From an uncultured Gammaproteobacteria bacterium (GTDB lineage: Bacteria; Patescibacteriota; Microgenomatia; Daviesbacterales; UBA10151), in contig CAYLXC010000001.1 in the NCBI GenBank assembly GCA_964387865.1, positions 50,597-114,596 of the forward strand: a DNA stretch of 64,000 nt, in the 5' to 3' direction. The notes beneath the pieces are model-generated. The model was not told the DNA's origin. It saw only the letters and a program-made list of their open reading frames with translations, and did not search any database. Both the position numbers and the translations under genes were made by a program. Below, in pieces: positions 55,246-64,000 of the stretch (position 1 is its first letter; every line of letters starts with the position of its first letter).

Positions 55246-56534
55246 CTTCTTGCAAATACCTCATAACTTCTTTCAATAAGCTTTGATTCAAACTGCTTTG
55301 CTGTATCCATAATAACTGAAACAACTATCAAAAGTCCTGTTCCACCTAAAACCAAGGTCTCTATCCCCGTAATTTGTGAGGCAATGGATGGCAAAATTGC
55401 AATTGATCCTAAAAAAATTGCTCCAGCCAGCGTGATTCTTACCATAATATAGTTTAGATATGCAGCTGTTTGAGTACCTGGTCTTATTCCAGGAATAAAT
55501 CCACCATATTTTTTGATTTCATCGGAAACTTTAGTTGGATTAAAAATAACGGCCGTATAAAAAAAAGTAAATCCTACTACCAAAAGAAAATACGTCAGAT
55601 TATAAACCAGACTTGAGGGATCAAAATTTGCAGCCAAAATCCTTCCTAAAAAAGACAGTTGTGGTTGATTTAATTGAGCAAGATAAGATCCTGCAAAAGA
55701 GGGAATCAATACTAAAGATACTGCAAAAATTATTGGGATGACTCCTGCCTGGTTAACTCTAAGCGGAAGATAAGTTTGAGCACCGGTTCCACCCTCTTTT
55801 CCCCCTATAAATCTTCTTGCATAAGCAACTTTTACTTGTCTTCTGCCTTCATTTATAAATACAATTCCTGCAATTACCAAAATTGATAGGCCTAAGAAAA
55901 TTAAGATATTTAAGCTTTGCGTCTGATCAAATACAGTTGCTGTTTGGGTTAAAACAACAGGTAGTCTTGCCACAATTCCCGCAAAAATAAGAAGTGATAT
56001 TCCGTTTCCAATCCCGTACTCTGTTATAAGTTCTCCAAGCCACATTAAAAAAATAGTTCCTGCAGTCATACCAATTATAATGGCTGCAATTTGTATCGGG
56101 GTTGTCTGATGCAAAACTCCCTGGTTCTTTAGTAAAACAAACATCCCGATGGCTTGGAGTGCGCTTAAAGGGACAGTCAGATATCTTGTGTATTGATTAA
56201 TCATTTGCCTTCCCATTTCACCTTCTTTAGATAAGGCTTCAAGGCGGGGTATAATCATTGTTAAAAGCTGCATGATAATCGATGCATTAATATATGGATT
56301 AAGTCCTAAAGAAATAATTGAAAAATTTGCCAAAGTTCCACCGGAGAAAATATCCAAAAGACTTAAAAATTGATTAGATGCAAAAAGTTGCTGCAGCGCT
56401 ATTAAGTCTACCCCGGAAACAGGGATGTGAGAAACTATCCGAAAAATTATAACTATTATTACAGTTATGATAATTTTTCTTCTTAATTCCTTAATTTTGA
56501 ACGCAGAAATTATGGGTGAGAGGATATTAGACAT
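55242..56534 (-). CDS. secY: preprotein translocase subunit SecY
   Basis: Ten-TM SecY pattern. 430 aa. Canonical position in the spc operon. Confidence 0.9.
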   Translation of the reverse strand: MSNILSPIISAFKIKELRRKIIITVIIVIIFRIVSHIPVSGVDLIALQQLFASNQFLSLLDIFSGGTLANFSIISLGLNPYINASIIMQLLTMIIPRLEALSKEGEMGRQMINQYTRYLTVPLSALQAIGMFVLLKNQGVLHQTTPIQIAAIIIGMTAGTIFLMWLGELITEYGIGNGISLLIFAGIVARLPVVLTQTATVFDQTQSLNILIFLGLSILVIAGIVFINEGRRQVKVAYARRFIGGKEGGTGAQTYLPLRVNQAGVIPIIFAVSLVLIPSFAGSYLAQLNQPQLSFLGRILAANFDPSSLVYNLTYFLLVVGFTFFYTAVIFNPTKVSDEIKKYGGFIPGIRPGTQTAAYLNYIMVRITLAGAIFLGSIAILPSIASQITGIETLVLGGTGLLIVVSVIMDTAKQFESKLIERSYEVFARR

Positions 56535-56964
56535 TTTCTACTTTCCCTCCCTTTTTCTCAATTTCTATCTTTGCTTTTTTAGAAACTGGCAATCTGATAA
56601 TTAAGGATTGGGTCAACCCCCCACCTGACAAAATCTTAACTCCCCTTTTAATATCTTTTTCACCAATAAGTTTTGCCTTCAAAAGATATTCTAAATCAAT
56701 TACGGTCTTCGACTTAAAGATATTTAATTTATTTAAATTAATTGGTTTGGGTTTTAAAGATATAACTCTATTTCCTAAACCACGTCTCAATGGAAGTTTC
56801 TTATAAGTTGGAAGCCCTGCCCCGCTAAATCCCACAGGCATCTTGCCTCGCGCTTTTTGACCTTTAGAGCCACGTCCTGCTGTTCTCCCTTTTCCAGAAC
56901 CAAGCCCACGTCCAAGACGTTTATTACTTTTAGTAACTGCCTTTTGTAATTGGTTCAGTTTCAT
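56527..56964 (-). CDS. rplO: 50S ribosomal protein L15
   Basis: Gly/Arg/Lys-rich N-terminus ([15 protein letters not shown]). Confidence 0.9.
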   Translation of the reverse strand: MKLNQLQKAVTKSNKRLGRGLGSGKGRTAGRGSKGQKARGKMPVGFSGAGLPTYKKLPLRRGLGNRVISLKPKPINLNKLNIFKSKTVIDLEYLLKAKLIGEKDIKRGVKILSGGGLTQSLIIRLPVSKKAKIEIEKKGGKVENV

Positions 56965-57497
56965 ACTCCACCCCTCATCTGTCTCAGCTCACCTAATGCT
57001 TTCATTGTTGCATAAACATTAGATGTCCTGTTTTTGGTTCCCAAAGATTTTGATACAACATCATGAACACCAGCTGCCTCAACAACCACTCTGACTGCCC
57101 CACCTGCAATTACTCCGCTACCCTCTGGTGCAGGTTTTAGCAAAACTTGCGCTGCTCCATATTTTACTAAAATTTGGTGAGGAATGGTTCTTCCCTTAAG
57201 TGGAACATTAATTAAGTGTTTTTTTGCATATGTTGTTGCCTTCCTTACCGCTGATTGAACTTCTGATGCTTTGCCCAACCCCACCCCAACTCTTCCTTTC
57301 CTATCTCCAACAACAACGAGTACTGAAAGAGATCTTCTGTCTCCTCCTTTTGTCTTTTTAGAAACACGATTAATTTGAACAACCCTTTCAAAAAATTCTG
57401 AATCTTGCTCAAGCTGATTTCTATTGCTTGAATAGTTTCTGTTACCTCTATTATATTGATTCATAAAACTAAAACTCCAACCCCCTTTCTCTTGCAC
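56961..57497 (-). CDS. rpsE: 30S ribosomal protein S5 (start possibly ATG at 57464)
   Basis: S5 dsRBD and C-terminal domain. The table start overlaps rplR by 29 nt; the internal Met (MNQYN...) is more likely. It directly abuts rplO, so no L30 gene lies between them. Confidence 0.85.
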   Translation of the reverse strand: MQEKGGWSFSFMNQYNRGNRNYSSNRNQLEQDSEFFERVVQINRVSKKTKGGDRRSLSVLVVVGDRKGRVGVGLGKASEVQSAVRKATTYAKKHLINVPLKGRTIPHQILVKYGAAQVLLKPAPEGSGVIAGGAVRVVVEAAGVHDVVSKSLGTKNRTSNVYATMKALGELRQMRGGV

Positions 57498-57810
57498 CTT
57501 TCGCTAATTCTGCTATTCTTCCCTGATACAAAAACCCGCCTCTATCAAAAACTACACTTTTAATTTTACTCTTTATAGCTTTTTCAGCCAACTTTTTACC
57601 AACCTCATAAGCTTTTTGCTTTTTATTCATCTTATTTCCCGCAATTTTTGCATCAGATGCTGACACTAAAGTTTTATTAACTGTATCATCAATAATCTGT
57701 GCATAGATATGTTTATTTGATCTAAACACAGAAAGTCTTGGGCGCCTCGCTGTCCCAAAAATTTTCTTTCTAATCTTCTTATGCTTTCTTACCCTTAATA
57801 CTTTATACAT
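57469..57810 (-). CDS. rplR: 50S ribosomal protein L18
   Basis: Conserved L18 C-terminus ([23 protein letters not shown]). Confidence 0.9.
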   Translation of the reverse strand: MYKVLRVRKHKKIRKKIFGTARRPRLSVFRSNKHIYAQIIDDTVNKTLVSASDAKIAGNKMNKKQKAYEVGKKLAEKAIKSKIKSVVFDRGGFLYQGRIAELAKGARERGLEF

Positions 57811-57818
57811 ACTACTTT

Positions 57819-58385
57819 CTACTTACTACCCACTGCCCCGGCAACTCCTACCTTGGCACTCTTACCAACTTTCTTTCTTATATATTCTCCTTGATATCTA
57901 ATTCCCTTACCTTTATAAACATCTGGCACTCTAACCTTTTTAATATTTGCTGCAATTTGTCCAACCAATTGTTTATCAATACCGGAAACTTTTATCTTTG
58001 TATTATCAGAAATCTCAAATGTTATACCCTCAGGTGATTCAATTTCCACAGGATGGGAATAACCAACATTCAAAATCAGTTTATTTCCATTTACTTGTGC
58101 CCTAAAACCAACTCCCTGAAGTTCCAAATCTTTACTCCATCCATCAGTTACCCCCAAAATCATATTGGCAATCAAGTTACGAATTAAGCCATGCAAAGCC
58201 TTGATTCTTTTTTGGTCATTATCCCTTTTAACAATCAATTTATCACCTTCAACCTCCACCTTAATTTCTGGAACCATATTTAAACTAAGTCTACCTTTGG
58301 GCCCATTAACCACCAAATCATTTCCAGTTTTTTCAACTGTTACTCCAGAAGGTATAATAATAGGTGTATCTCCAATCCTACTCAT
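57819..58385 (-). CDS. rplF: 50S ribosomal protein L6
   Basis: [16 protein letters not shown]-terminus. Confidence 0.9.
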   Translation of the reverse strand: MSRIGDTPIIIPSGVTVEKTGNDLVVNGPKGRLSLNMVPEIKVEVEGDKLIVKRDNDQKRIKALHGLIRNLIANMILGVTDGWSKDLELQGVGFRAQVNGNKLILNVGYSHPVEIESPEGITFEISDNTKIKVSGIDKQLVGQIAANIKKVRVPDVYKGKGIRYQGEYIRKKVGKSAKVGVAGAVGSK

Positions 58386-58387
58386 AT

Positions 58388-58765
58388 CTACCAGACGAGC
58401 GCTAGGACCTCCCCTCCCACCTTTTGTTTTCTAGCTTCTCTTTCTGTCATTAATCCTTTAGGGGTTGAGATTACTGCAATACCTAACCCATTTAGCACAG
58501 AAGGTAAGGTGGAAACTCCTTTATAAACCCTTAAAGAGGGCTTAGAAACTCTTTTTATATCAACAATAGCAGGTTTTCGGCCCTCATATTTTAGCGAAAC
58601 AATAACTTCTCTACCTTTTGTCTCAACAGATTGAACATATCCCTCATTTTGTAAAAGTTTCATAAGTTTCACAATAAGTTTCGAGTATTTGACTGATACT
58701 GATTGTTTACCAACCATATACCCATTTTTTATTCTGATTAATGCATCTGCAATAGAGTCACTCAT
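58388..58765 (-). CDS. rpsH: 30S ribosomal protein S8
   Basis: MSDSIADALIRIKNG N-terminus. Confidence 0.9.
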   Translation of the reverse strand: MSDSIADALIRIKNGYMVGKQSVSVKYSKLIVKLMKLLQNEGYVQSVETKGREVIVSLKYEGRKPAIVDIKRVSKPSLRVYKGVSTLPSVLNGLGIAVISTPKGLMTEREARKQKVGGEVLALVW

Positions 58766-58771
58766 TTGTCA

Positions 58772-58951
58772 TCACCAACTCGCTTTCTTCACCCCAGGTA
58801 ATAACCCTTGGTGAGCTAAATCTCTGAAACAAAGCCTGCAAAGTCCGAATTTTCTAATAAATGCCCTTGCTCTTCCACAACGCATGCATCTGCTTCTTTT
58901 TTGAACATCATATTTAAATTTAGTTTTTACAATATTACTTACTTTTGCCAT
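58772..58951 (-). CDS. rpsZ: 30S ribosomal protein S14 type Z (zinc-binding, 59 aa)
   Basis: Minus-strand [62 protein letters not shown] with a CxxC...CxxC motif. Not in the table (size cutoff). Confidence 0.85.
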   Translation of the reverse strand: MAKVSNIVKTKFKYDVQKRSRCMRCGRARAFIRKFGLCRLCFRDLAHQGLLPGVKKASW

Positions 58952-58953
58952 AG

Positions 58954-59493
58954 CTAACTCCTAAAAGGCATACCTAAATATTCCAATAGTTTTCTGCCTT
59001 CCTCTTTATTTTTTGCAGTTGTTGTAATAGTAATTGCCAAACCTCTTGTTTTATCAACGGTTTTATAATCCACCTCCGGAAAAATTGTCTGCTCCTTTAA
59101 ACCAATATTTAAATTTCCAAAACTGTCAAATGATTTTTCAGATATTCCTTTAAAATCTCTAACCTTTGGTAAAACAACGCTTACCACCTTATCCAAAAAA
59201 GCATACATTCTTACTCCTCTTAAAGTTACCATCATACCAATTGGCTGACCCTTAGTTACTTTAAATGAGGCAACAGATTTTTTTGCATGCGTTATAACAG
59301 GAGTTTGTCCTGCCAAAGATGACAAGTACACCTTAACTTTATCCAAAATCCCCTGATTATCTTTTGCTTCACCAAGACCTATATTTACAACAATTTTTTC
59401 AAGCCTTGGGACAGCCAGTCTGTTTTTTAACCCAAGCTCCTCTTGCAGTTTTTTCTGCACTTCATTTAGGTACTTATCTTTAAGTCTGTTCAT
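58954..59493 (-). CDS. rplE: 50S ribosomal protein L5
   Basis: [13 protein letters not shown]-terminus. Confidence 0.9.
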   Translation of the reverse strand: MNRLKDKYLNEVQKKLQEELGLKNRLAVPRLEKIVVNIGLGEAKDNQGILDKVKVYLSSLAGQTPVITHAKKSVASFKVTKGQPIGMMVTLRGVRMYAFLDKVVSVVLPKVRDFKGISEKSFDSFGNLNIGLKEQTIFPEVDYKTVDKTRGLAITITTTAKNKEEGRKLLEYLGMPFRS

Positions 59494-59501
59494 AATTCTT
59501 G

Positions 59502-59590
59502 CCGATTTGACAATTTGAATACAATTTTTAATTCAAATTGTCATCCTGATCCGGCGAAGCCGGAGAAGGATCTCCTTCATGAGTCCTCTC
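59502..59590 (+). repeat. repeat family A copy in the rplE-rplX spacer (13-bp-stem hairpin 'tgacaatttgaat/attcaaattgtca' + 'tcctga' + GC hairpin 'tccggcgaagccgga' + 'gaaggatctccttcatgagtcc')
   Basis: Read directly from the sequence. It fills almost the entire 103-nt spacer. Confidence 0.75.
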
Positions 59591-59596
59591 ACTTCC

Positions 59597-59902
59597 TCAT
59601 TTAAACTCCTTCTTACATTTTTTACATATCCTCATCTTGTCTTTACCAACCACCTTGAACCCCACCCTTGTTACTTTTTTACAATTTGGACAAATCAAGC
59701 CGACATTTGATACATCCAAAGGTTTTGGAATATTAATTATTCCACCTTCAATTTGTCCTTGTTTTTTTACATGTCTCTTATAAATATTTGCACCTTCAAC
59801 AAACACTTTTCCCTCTCCTGCTTTCACATAAGCCACATTTCCTTCTTTTCCCCTATCTTTACCAAGTATTATTTTAACTTTGTCGCCTTTTTTAATCTTC
59901 AT
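59597..59902 (-). CDS. rplX: 50S ribosomal protein L24 (KOW) with C-terminal zinc-ribbon (CPNC...CKKC)
   Basis: MKIKKGDKVKII KOW start. The table ORF begins 6 codons upstream. Confidence 0.85.
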   Translation of the reverse strand: MKIKKGDKVKIILGKDRGKEGNVAYVKAGEGKVFVEGANIYKRHVKKQGQIEGGIINIPKPLDVSNVGLICPNCKKVTRVGFKVVGKDKMRICKKCKKEFK

Positions 59903-59913
59903 CTTTTCTCTCC

Positions 59914-60282
59914 CTACCAAACCTCCTGTGCTAAAGAAACAATCTTGCTAAACCCTGCATCCCTTATTTCCCTTGCAATTGGTCCAAATATCCTTGTTGC
60001 TCTCAAATTTCCCTCATTATCAATAACAACACCTGCATTATCATCAAATTTTACATATGAACCATCCTCACGTCTTATTTCTTTTTTGCATCTGACAATA
60101 ACTATCCTTACAATTTCATGATCTTTAACCTGACCATTAGGGTCTGCCCCTTTCACAACCCCTACAACAAGTTGTCCTAATGTGGCTTTCCTTTTTCCGG
60201 ATCCGCCAAGAGGCTGAATTACCTGCAGCGCTTTTGCTCCGCTATTATCTGCAACTGTTAACATTGTCCTATGTTGTACCAT
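59914..60282 (-). CDS. rplN: 50S ribosomal protein L14
   Basis: [17 protein letters not shown] canonical start. The table ORF (to 60384) is an upstream read-through extension overlapping rpsQ. Confidence 0.85.
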   Translation of the reverse strand: MVQHRTMLTVADNSGAKALQVIQPLGGSGKRKATLGQLVVGVVKGADPNGQVKDHEIVRIVIVRCKKEIRREDGSYVKFDDNAGVVIDNEGNLRATRIFGPIAREIRDAGFSKIVSLAQEVW

Positions 60283-60703
60283 GGGCCCCTTTCTTTTTTC
60301 GTGGCTTTTTCTGTTTCTCATCCATTTTTCTCTCTGTCTGAGGACTCGCTTCGCGAAGCGAGCTGGCGACTGACGACTCTTCAATCTTTTCTTCTGGCAT
60401 TACTTGCCTGCCGACAGGCACGGCCTCAGCAATTATTCCTTCTGCTTCTTTTTTCAGTTTTTCCTCAGCAATTTCAGCAAGGTTTCTGCCTAAAACTTTT
60501 GTAATCTTCCAATGTTTATTTTTAGAAATTGGTCGGCATTTAATAATATCTACGATATCCCCTATTTTTACTCCAATTGGGTCATCAACCAAAAATCTTT
60601 TGCTTTGCACATAGGTTTTTTTATACAAAGGATGCATTGCCATTCTCTCCACCAAAACCGTGACTGTATTTTTTAATTTTGTTGACACAACTCTTCCAAT
60701 CAT
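60269..60703 (-). CDS. rpsQ: 30S ribosomal protein S17 (about 60-aa Lys-rich C-terminal extension)
   Basis: [18 protein letters not shown]-fold start. Confidence 0.85.
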   Translation of the reverse strand: MIGRVVSTKLKNTVTVLVERMAMHPLYKKTYVQSKRFLVDDPIGVKIGDIVDIIKCRPISKNKHWKITKVLGRNLAEIAEEKLKKEAEGIIAEAVPVGRQVMPEEKIEESSVASSLREASPQTERKMDEKQKKPRKKKGAHGTT

Positions 60704-60948
60704 AACTTTGACTCCTTATGACTTATCTGACTCTTTGACTCTAATTCAGCAAGTAGCTCTTTTTGCCTCATAACTGTCAGCACTTGTGCCAAATCTCTTC
60801 TTTTTTTAGAAATCTTCTTCACATCCTTTAATTTCTTCATATTTTTATCCATTACCAAATTTGCTATTTCATCTTTAATGTTTTTAGCTTTATTTCTTAG
60901 TTCTTTTGGGTCCAAACCCTTTATTTGTGTTAGTTCGTTCTTTTTCAT
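60700..60948 (-). CDS. rpmC: 50S ribosomal protein L29
   Basis: Helical L29 pattern (ELRNK...L). 82 aa. Confidence 0.8.
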   Translation of the reverse strand: MKKNELTQIKGLDPKELRNKAKNIKDEIANLVMDKNMKKLKDVKKISKKRRDLAQVLTVMRQKELLAELESKSQISHKESKL

Positions 60949-60961
60949 AATTTTCTACTTA

Positions 60962-61036
60962 GCCGATTTGACAATTTGAATATAATTTCTGAATTCAAAT
61001 TGTCATCCTGAGCGAGCGTAGCGAGTCGAAGGATCT
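60962..61036 (+). repeat. repeat family A copy in the rpmC-rplP spacer
   Basis: 'ccgatttgacaatttgaatataatttctgaattcaaattgtcatcctgagcgagcgtagcgagtcgaaggatct'. Confidence 0.75.
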
Positions 61037-61039
61037 TCA

Positions 61040-61453
61040 TCATATTTTCCCCACGATCTTTGTATTAAGTGGCAGTTTATGGGAAGCTAACCTTAATGCT
61101 TCATGAGCAACAATTTCTGTAACTGCTCCCATTTCAAAAATTAACTGTCCTCTCTTTACAACAGCTACATACCCCTCTACATCACCTTTTCCAGATCCCA
61201 TCCTTGATTCTGCGGGATGTTTGGTAACAGGTTTATCCGGAAAAATCCTAATCCAAATTCTTCCACCTCTTTGGGTATAATGAGCCATTGCACGCCTTGC
61301 AGATTCAATTTGTCTTGCACTTATCCACCCATTTTCCATAGATTTTAGTCCAAATGCTCCAAAGGCAAGTCTGTTGCCTCTTGTGGCAACACCTCCTCTT
61401 GTCCCCTTAAACATTTTTCGGTATTTAGTTCTTTTCGGTTGTAACAGTGCCAT
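61040..61453 (-). CDS. rplP: 50S ribosomal protein L16
   Basis: [14 protein letters not shown]-terminus. Confidence 0.9.
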   Translation of the reverse strand: MALLQPKRTKYRKMFKGTRGGVATRGNRLAFGAFGLKSMENGWISARQIESARRAMAHYTQRGGRIWIRIFPDKPVTKHPAESRMGSGKGDVEGYVAVVKRGQLIFEMGAVTEIVAHEALRLASHKLPLNTKIVGKI

Positions 61454-62094
61454 TAAATCTCAACCTCCCCTTTATTTATCCATACCTTTACACCAACATA
61501 TCCTGATTTTGTTAATGCAGGATAAACCGAAAAATCTATATCTGCTCTTAATGTATGTAAAGGCATTGTTCCTGAGGCTTTCCATTCACGTCTCGCAATT
61601 TCTGCCCCCCCAATCCTTCCTGATATAACAACTCTTACACCTTTTGCCCCGGATCTCATAACCCTATCTATTGCCTGATTCATTACTCTTTGTGCAGGCA
61701 ATCTCTTTGCAAGTTGTTCAGCAACAGATTGTGCAACTAAATAGGCAGAAAGATCAGCAGATTTCAACTCCATAGGCACAATTTCCAAACTATTTTCATC
61801 TTTTAAATTAAGTCCCTTCATCAAAAATTTCTTAATCTCAGTGAGCCCACTACCTCCTCTTCCAATTAAAACTCCCGGGCGGGATACGAAAATTATCACC
61901 TTGAGCTTATTAACTGCCCGTTCAATTTCAACGGATTGAATACTCGCAGGCCTTAATTTTTTCATAAGCAAATCCCTAATCTTTATGTCTTCTAAAACAT
62001 TTTGCTTATACTTTTCACCTTTGGCAAACCATCTTGATTTCCAGGTTGCCGAAGTACCCATTCTGAAACCGACAGGATGTATCTTTTGTCCCAT
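61453..62094 (-). CDS. rpsC: 30S ribosomal protein S3
   Basis: [11 protein letters not shown] and KH domain. Confidence 0.9.
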   Translation of the reverse strand: MGQKIHPVGFRMGTSATWKSRWFAKGEKYKQNVLEDIKIRDLLMKKLRPASIQSVEIERAVNKLKVIIFVSRPGVLIGRGGSGLTEIKKFLMKGLNLKDENSLEIVPMELKSADLSAYLVAQSVAEQLAKRLPAQRVMNQAIDRVMRSGAKGVRVVISGRIGGAEIARREWKASGTMPLHTLRADIDFSVYPALTKSGYVGVKVWINKGEVEI

Positions 62095-62125
62095 AAGTTA
62101 GGGTTAAGGGTTAAGGGAAAAGTTT

Positions 62126-62515
62126 TTATTCTTTACCCTTTACGCTTTCCGCTTTACCCTTACCTCCTTTCTTACTATCCACTTTTCCCTCATCACTTAA
62201 CACTATCTTTATATGACTCATTCTTCTTTTATACGGCTTAACCCTGCCTCTTGATCCTGCTCTAAAACGGCGCATTTTTGTGCTTTCATTAATTTCAAAT
62301 TTTTTAAATCCTACCTTTTCTACATCCATTCCAGCATGTTTAGCATTTGCCAAAACTGTTTGTATGGCTTTTACCAAATCTCTTCCAGCTACTTTTGGTG
62401 TTACCATTAAAACATCAACTGCCTTTTGAGGCTCCATTCCTCTAACCATATCAGCAACCAACCTCAGCTTCCTGGGGCTAGTATGTATATAGCGTTGTAT
62501 TGTTTGTATTTCCAT
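62126..62515 (-). CDS. rplV: 50S ribosomal protein L22
   Basis: L22 core (ISPRKLRLVADMVRG). Confidence 0.9.
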   Translation of the reverse strand: MEIQTIQRYIHTSPRKLRLVADMVRGMEPQKAVDVLMVTPKVAGRDLVKAIQTVLANAKHAGMDVEKVGFKKFEINESTKMRRFRAGSRGRVKPYKRRMSHIKIVLSDEGKVDSKKGGKGKAESVKGKE

Positions 62516-62523
62516 ATTTGTTA

Positions 62524-62632
62524 TTTGACAATTTGCGTAAAATTACTAAACGCAAATTGTCATCCTGAGCGAGCGAAGTCGAGTCAGACTCGACGGAGCG
62601 AGTCGAAGGATCTCCTTCATGAGTCCGCTCAC
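62524..62632 (+). repeat. repeat family A copy in the rplV-rpsS spacer (longest copy, extra GC hairpin 'gtcgagtcagactcgac')
   Basis: 'tttgacaatttgcgtaaaattactaaacgcaaattgtcatcctgagcgagcgaagtcgagtcagactcgacggagcgagtcgaaggatctccttcatgagtccgctcac'. Confidence 0.75.
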
Positions 62633-62647
62633 TCTTTTTAACCTACT

Positions 62648-62932
62648 TTAAGTTTTAGCCGTGCTTTTCTCAGTTACTTTTCCATGTGACCTAAATATTC
62701 TTGTTGGTGCAAATTCACCTAATCTTTGTCCAACCATAGACTCTGTCACAAAAACAGACACAAAATTTTTGCCTTGATGAACCAAAAATGTATGCCCCAC
62801 AAACTCGGGTGGAATTTGTGACCTTCTGGCCCAGGTTTTTATAGGTGTTTTAGCACCACCAGCCTTTTGAGCCATTACTTTTTTCAAGAGCTTCTCATCA
62901 ATAAAAGGTCCTTTTTTAGTTGATCTACTCAT
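62648..62932 (-). CDS. rpsS: 30S ribosomal protein S19
   Basis: [13 protein letters not shown]-terminus. Confidence 0.9.
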   Translation of the reverse strand: MSRSTKKGPFIDEKLLKKVMAQKAGGAKTPIKTWARRSQIPPEFVGHTFLVHQGKNFVSVFVTESMVGQRLGEFAPTRIFRSHGKVTEKSTAKT

Positions 62933-63002
62933 AATAGTCGTAAACTGTCAGCTCTCAGCTATCAGGCAAGCTGTCTGACGACTGAATACTGATGACTGAT
63001 AG

Positions 63003-63758
63003 CTAACTTTTCCTCCTTTTCAAAATATATCTATTAGATCTATTTTTCTTATTTCTTGTTTTTCCTACTGCCGGCCTTCCATAAACTGTCATAGGCCTTT
63101 TTCTTCCAATTCCGGATCTTCCTTCTCCACCTCCATGCGGATGAGAATCCGGATCTTGAGCAACACCTCTGACATTTGGTTTTATCCCCATATGTCTGGA
63201 TCTGCCTGCCTTACCTATTACCATTTGTTTAACATCTTCATTCCCCAATACCCCAATTGTTGCCAAGCAGTCCAAAGGTATCATTCTAACTTCTCCTGAC
63301 GGCATTTTCAAATGAGCAAATCCACTCTCTTTTGCAAGAAGCTGCAATCCTACTCCCGCACTTCTACCAATTTGTCCACCTCTTCCGGGCATAAGTTCCA
63401 CATTATGAACCAAAGTTCCTATTGTTATATTTTTAAGCTTCATAGCATTACCTGTTTTCATATCACTTTTTTCGGAAGATAAAACTATATCTCCAATCTT
63501 CATTCCTTTTGGAGATAAAATATATCTGTATTCCCCGTCTTTGTATTTAATAAGAGCAATTTCAATATTTCTGTTTGGATCATATTCTATCCCCGCTACT
63601 TCTCCCTCTACCCCAAATTTATCTCTTTTAAAATCTATTTCCCGATAAAATCTTTTATGTCTTCCACCCTGGCTTCTAACAGTAACCATTCCTCCTGCAG
63701 ACCTACCAGAATGCTTTTTAAGTATCGTTTTCAAATGTTTAATGCTTTGTGTTTGCAT
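63003..63758 (-). CDS. rplB: 50S ribosomal protein L2 (short N-terminus)
   Basis: EYDPNRN...GMKIGD... and C-terminal GGGEGR motif. Confidence 0.9.
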   Translation of the reverse strand: MQTQSIKHLKTILKKHSGRSAGGMVTVRSQGGRHKRFYREIDFKRDKFGVEGEVAGIEYDPNRNIEIALIKYKDGEYRYILSPKGMKIGDIVLSSEKSDMKTGNAMKLKNITIGTLVHNVELMPGRGGQIGRSAGVGLQLLAKESGFAHLKMPSGEVRMIPLDCLATIGVLGNEDVKQMVIGKAGRSRHMGIKPNVRGVAQDPDSHPHGGGEGRSGIGRKRPMTVYGRPAVGKTRNKKNRSNRYILKRRKS

Positions 63759-63779
63759 AGTTTTTTAATTGATTCCTCC

Positions 63780-64000
63780 TTACGTCGGAATCACCTTTCT
63801 TTGTGTTGTTGGTGCAGCTCCTACTGCACTTTTTTCCACTTTTACCTTAGTTCTTCCTAAAATATCTTTTCTCTCTTTTAATTTAATTGGTTCACCCTCA
63901 GCAGTTGTAACGGTTACCTCCTCTTTTGGTGTTTCAAAAAGTGCTATCTTTTGAGTCTTGCCAATCTGAACAATTGCTTTTTTAAACCCGGAAGTTTTAT
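63780..64000 (-). CDS. rplW: 50S ribosomal protein L23, partial (N-terminus beyond window end), with unusual C-terminal extension
   Basis: Minus-strand frame ends ...KKAIVQIGKTQKIALFE..., matching the L23 C-terminal core (WKKAYVTLKEG), followed by about 45 extra residues ending ...QRKVIPT. Confidence 0.6.
   Translation of the reverse strand, partial: KTSGFKKAIVQIGKTQKIALFETPKEEVTVTTAEGEPIKLKERKDILGRTKVKVEKSAVGAAPTTQRKVIPT

Noticed and set aside
59502-59540. TTGACA hexamers inside repeat family A acting as internal promoters of the r-protein genes
   Set aside because: The only candidate -10 downstream (aattca / taattc) is poor and lies in the hairpin loop. The TTGACA is more simply part of the inverted repeat (ttgaca/tgtcaa). 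Left unresolved rather than called.
1-64000. CRISPR array or cas genes
   Set aside because: No regularly spaced direct repeats with unique spacers were found. The repeat families seen are dispersed single copies with hairpin structure, not arrays.

Overview
This is a 64 kb, low-GC (roughly 33-36%) bacterial chromosomal segment with tightly packed genes. The content looks like a reduced, Patescibacteria/CPR-like genome: the ribosomal operon has no rpmD (L30), several r-proteins carry C-terminal extensions, and there are many GT-C membrane glycosyltransferases plus dockerin- and LPXTG-bearing surface proteins. That placement is an inference from gene content, not a database result.

Main content:
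- Housekeeping genes: a 14.5 kb S10-spc-alpha ribosomal protein supercluster on the minus strand (rplW' through rpsI, including secY, adk, map, infA, rpmJ and rpoA); secD and secF split by two inserted genes; recA, two small membrane ORFs and recX; rny, recJ, cca, gltX, aspS, miaA, metK, a PGM/PMM-family mutase, comM and hup.
- Transport and cell envelope: an ABC-2 exporter operon with a YerC/TrpR-like regulator, and a cluster of GT-C glycosyltransferases (GT39, GT87-like) with a SAM methyltransferase.
- RNA genes: tRNA-Gln (2281-2351, -), tRNA-Pro (41570-41641, -), and a reduced RNase P RNA on the minus strand (26193-26494) that ORF callers mistake for a CDS.

Most interesting findings:
1. 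A recurring regulatory design in which an intrinsic terminator's 3' arm is the downstream gene's Shine-Dalgarno (ACCTCC-loop-GGGAGGT-T6-8-ATG), preceded by an alternative hairpin that starts with a second GGGAGGT. It occurs as three tandem leader-peptide attenuator units (Phe-rich, Leu/Val/Ile-rich and Leu-rich peptides) in front of three small ORFs and a CimA/LeuA-family synthase in a GC-richer block (11.1-14.0 kb). A fourth leader-peptide copy precedes a hypothetical gene at 48.9-49.1 kb, and an aptamer-driven version with a SAM-I-like core precedes metK.
2. Two families of short palindromic elements: a 39-nt palindrome inserted in-frame into aspS and cca (analogous to Rickettsia RPEs), and a roughly 75-110 nt compound stem-loop element with five copies (three in ribosomal-operon spacers, one in-frame inside miaA).
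3. A pair of secreted dockerin-bearing paralogues next to an LPXTG protein, a GC-shifted block beside tRNA-Gln with an operator-like inverted repeat, and an HNH-repeat protein next to tRNA-Pro.

No CRISPR array, rRNA gene or recognisable transposase/integrase was seen.
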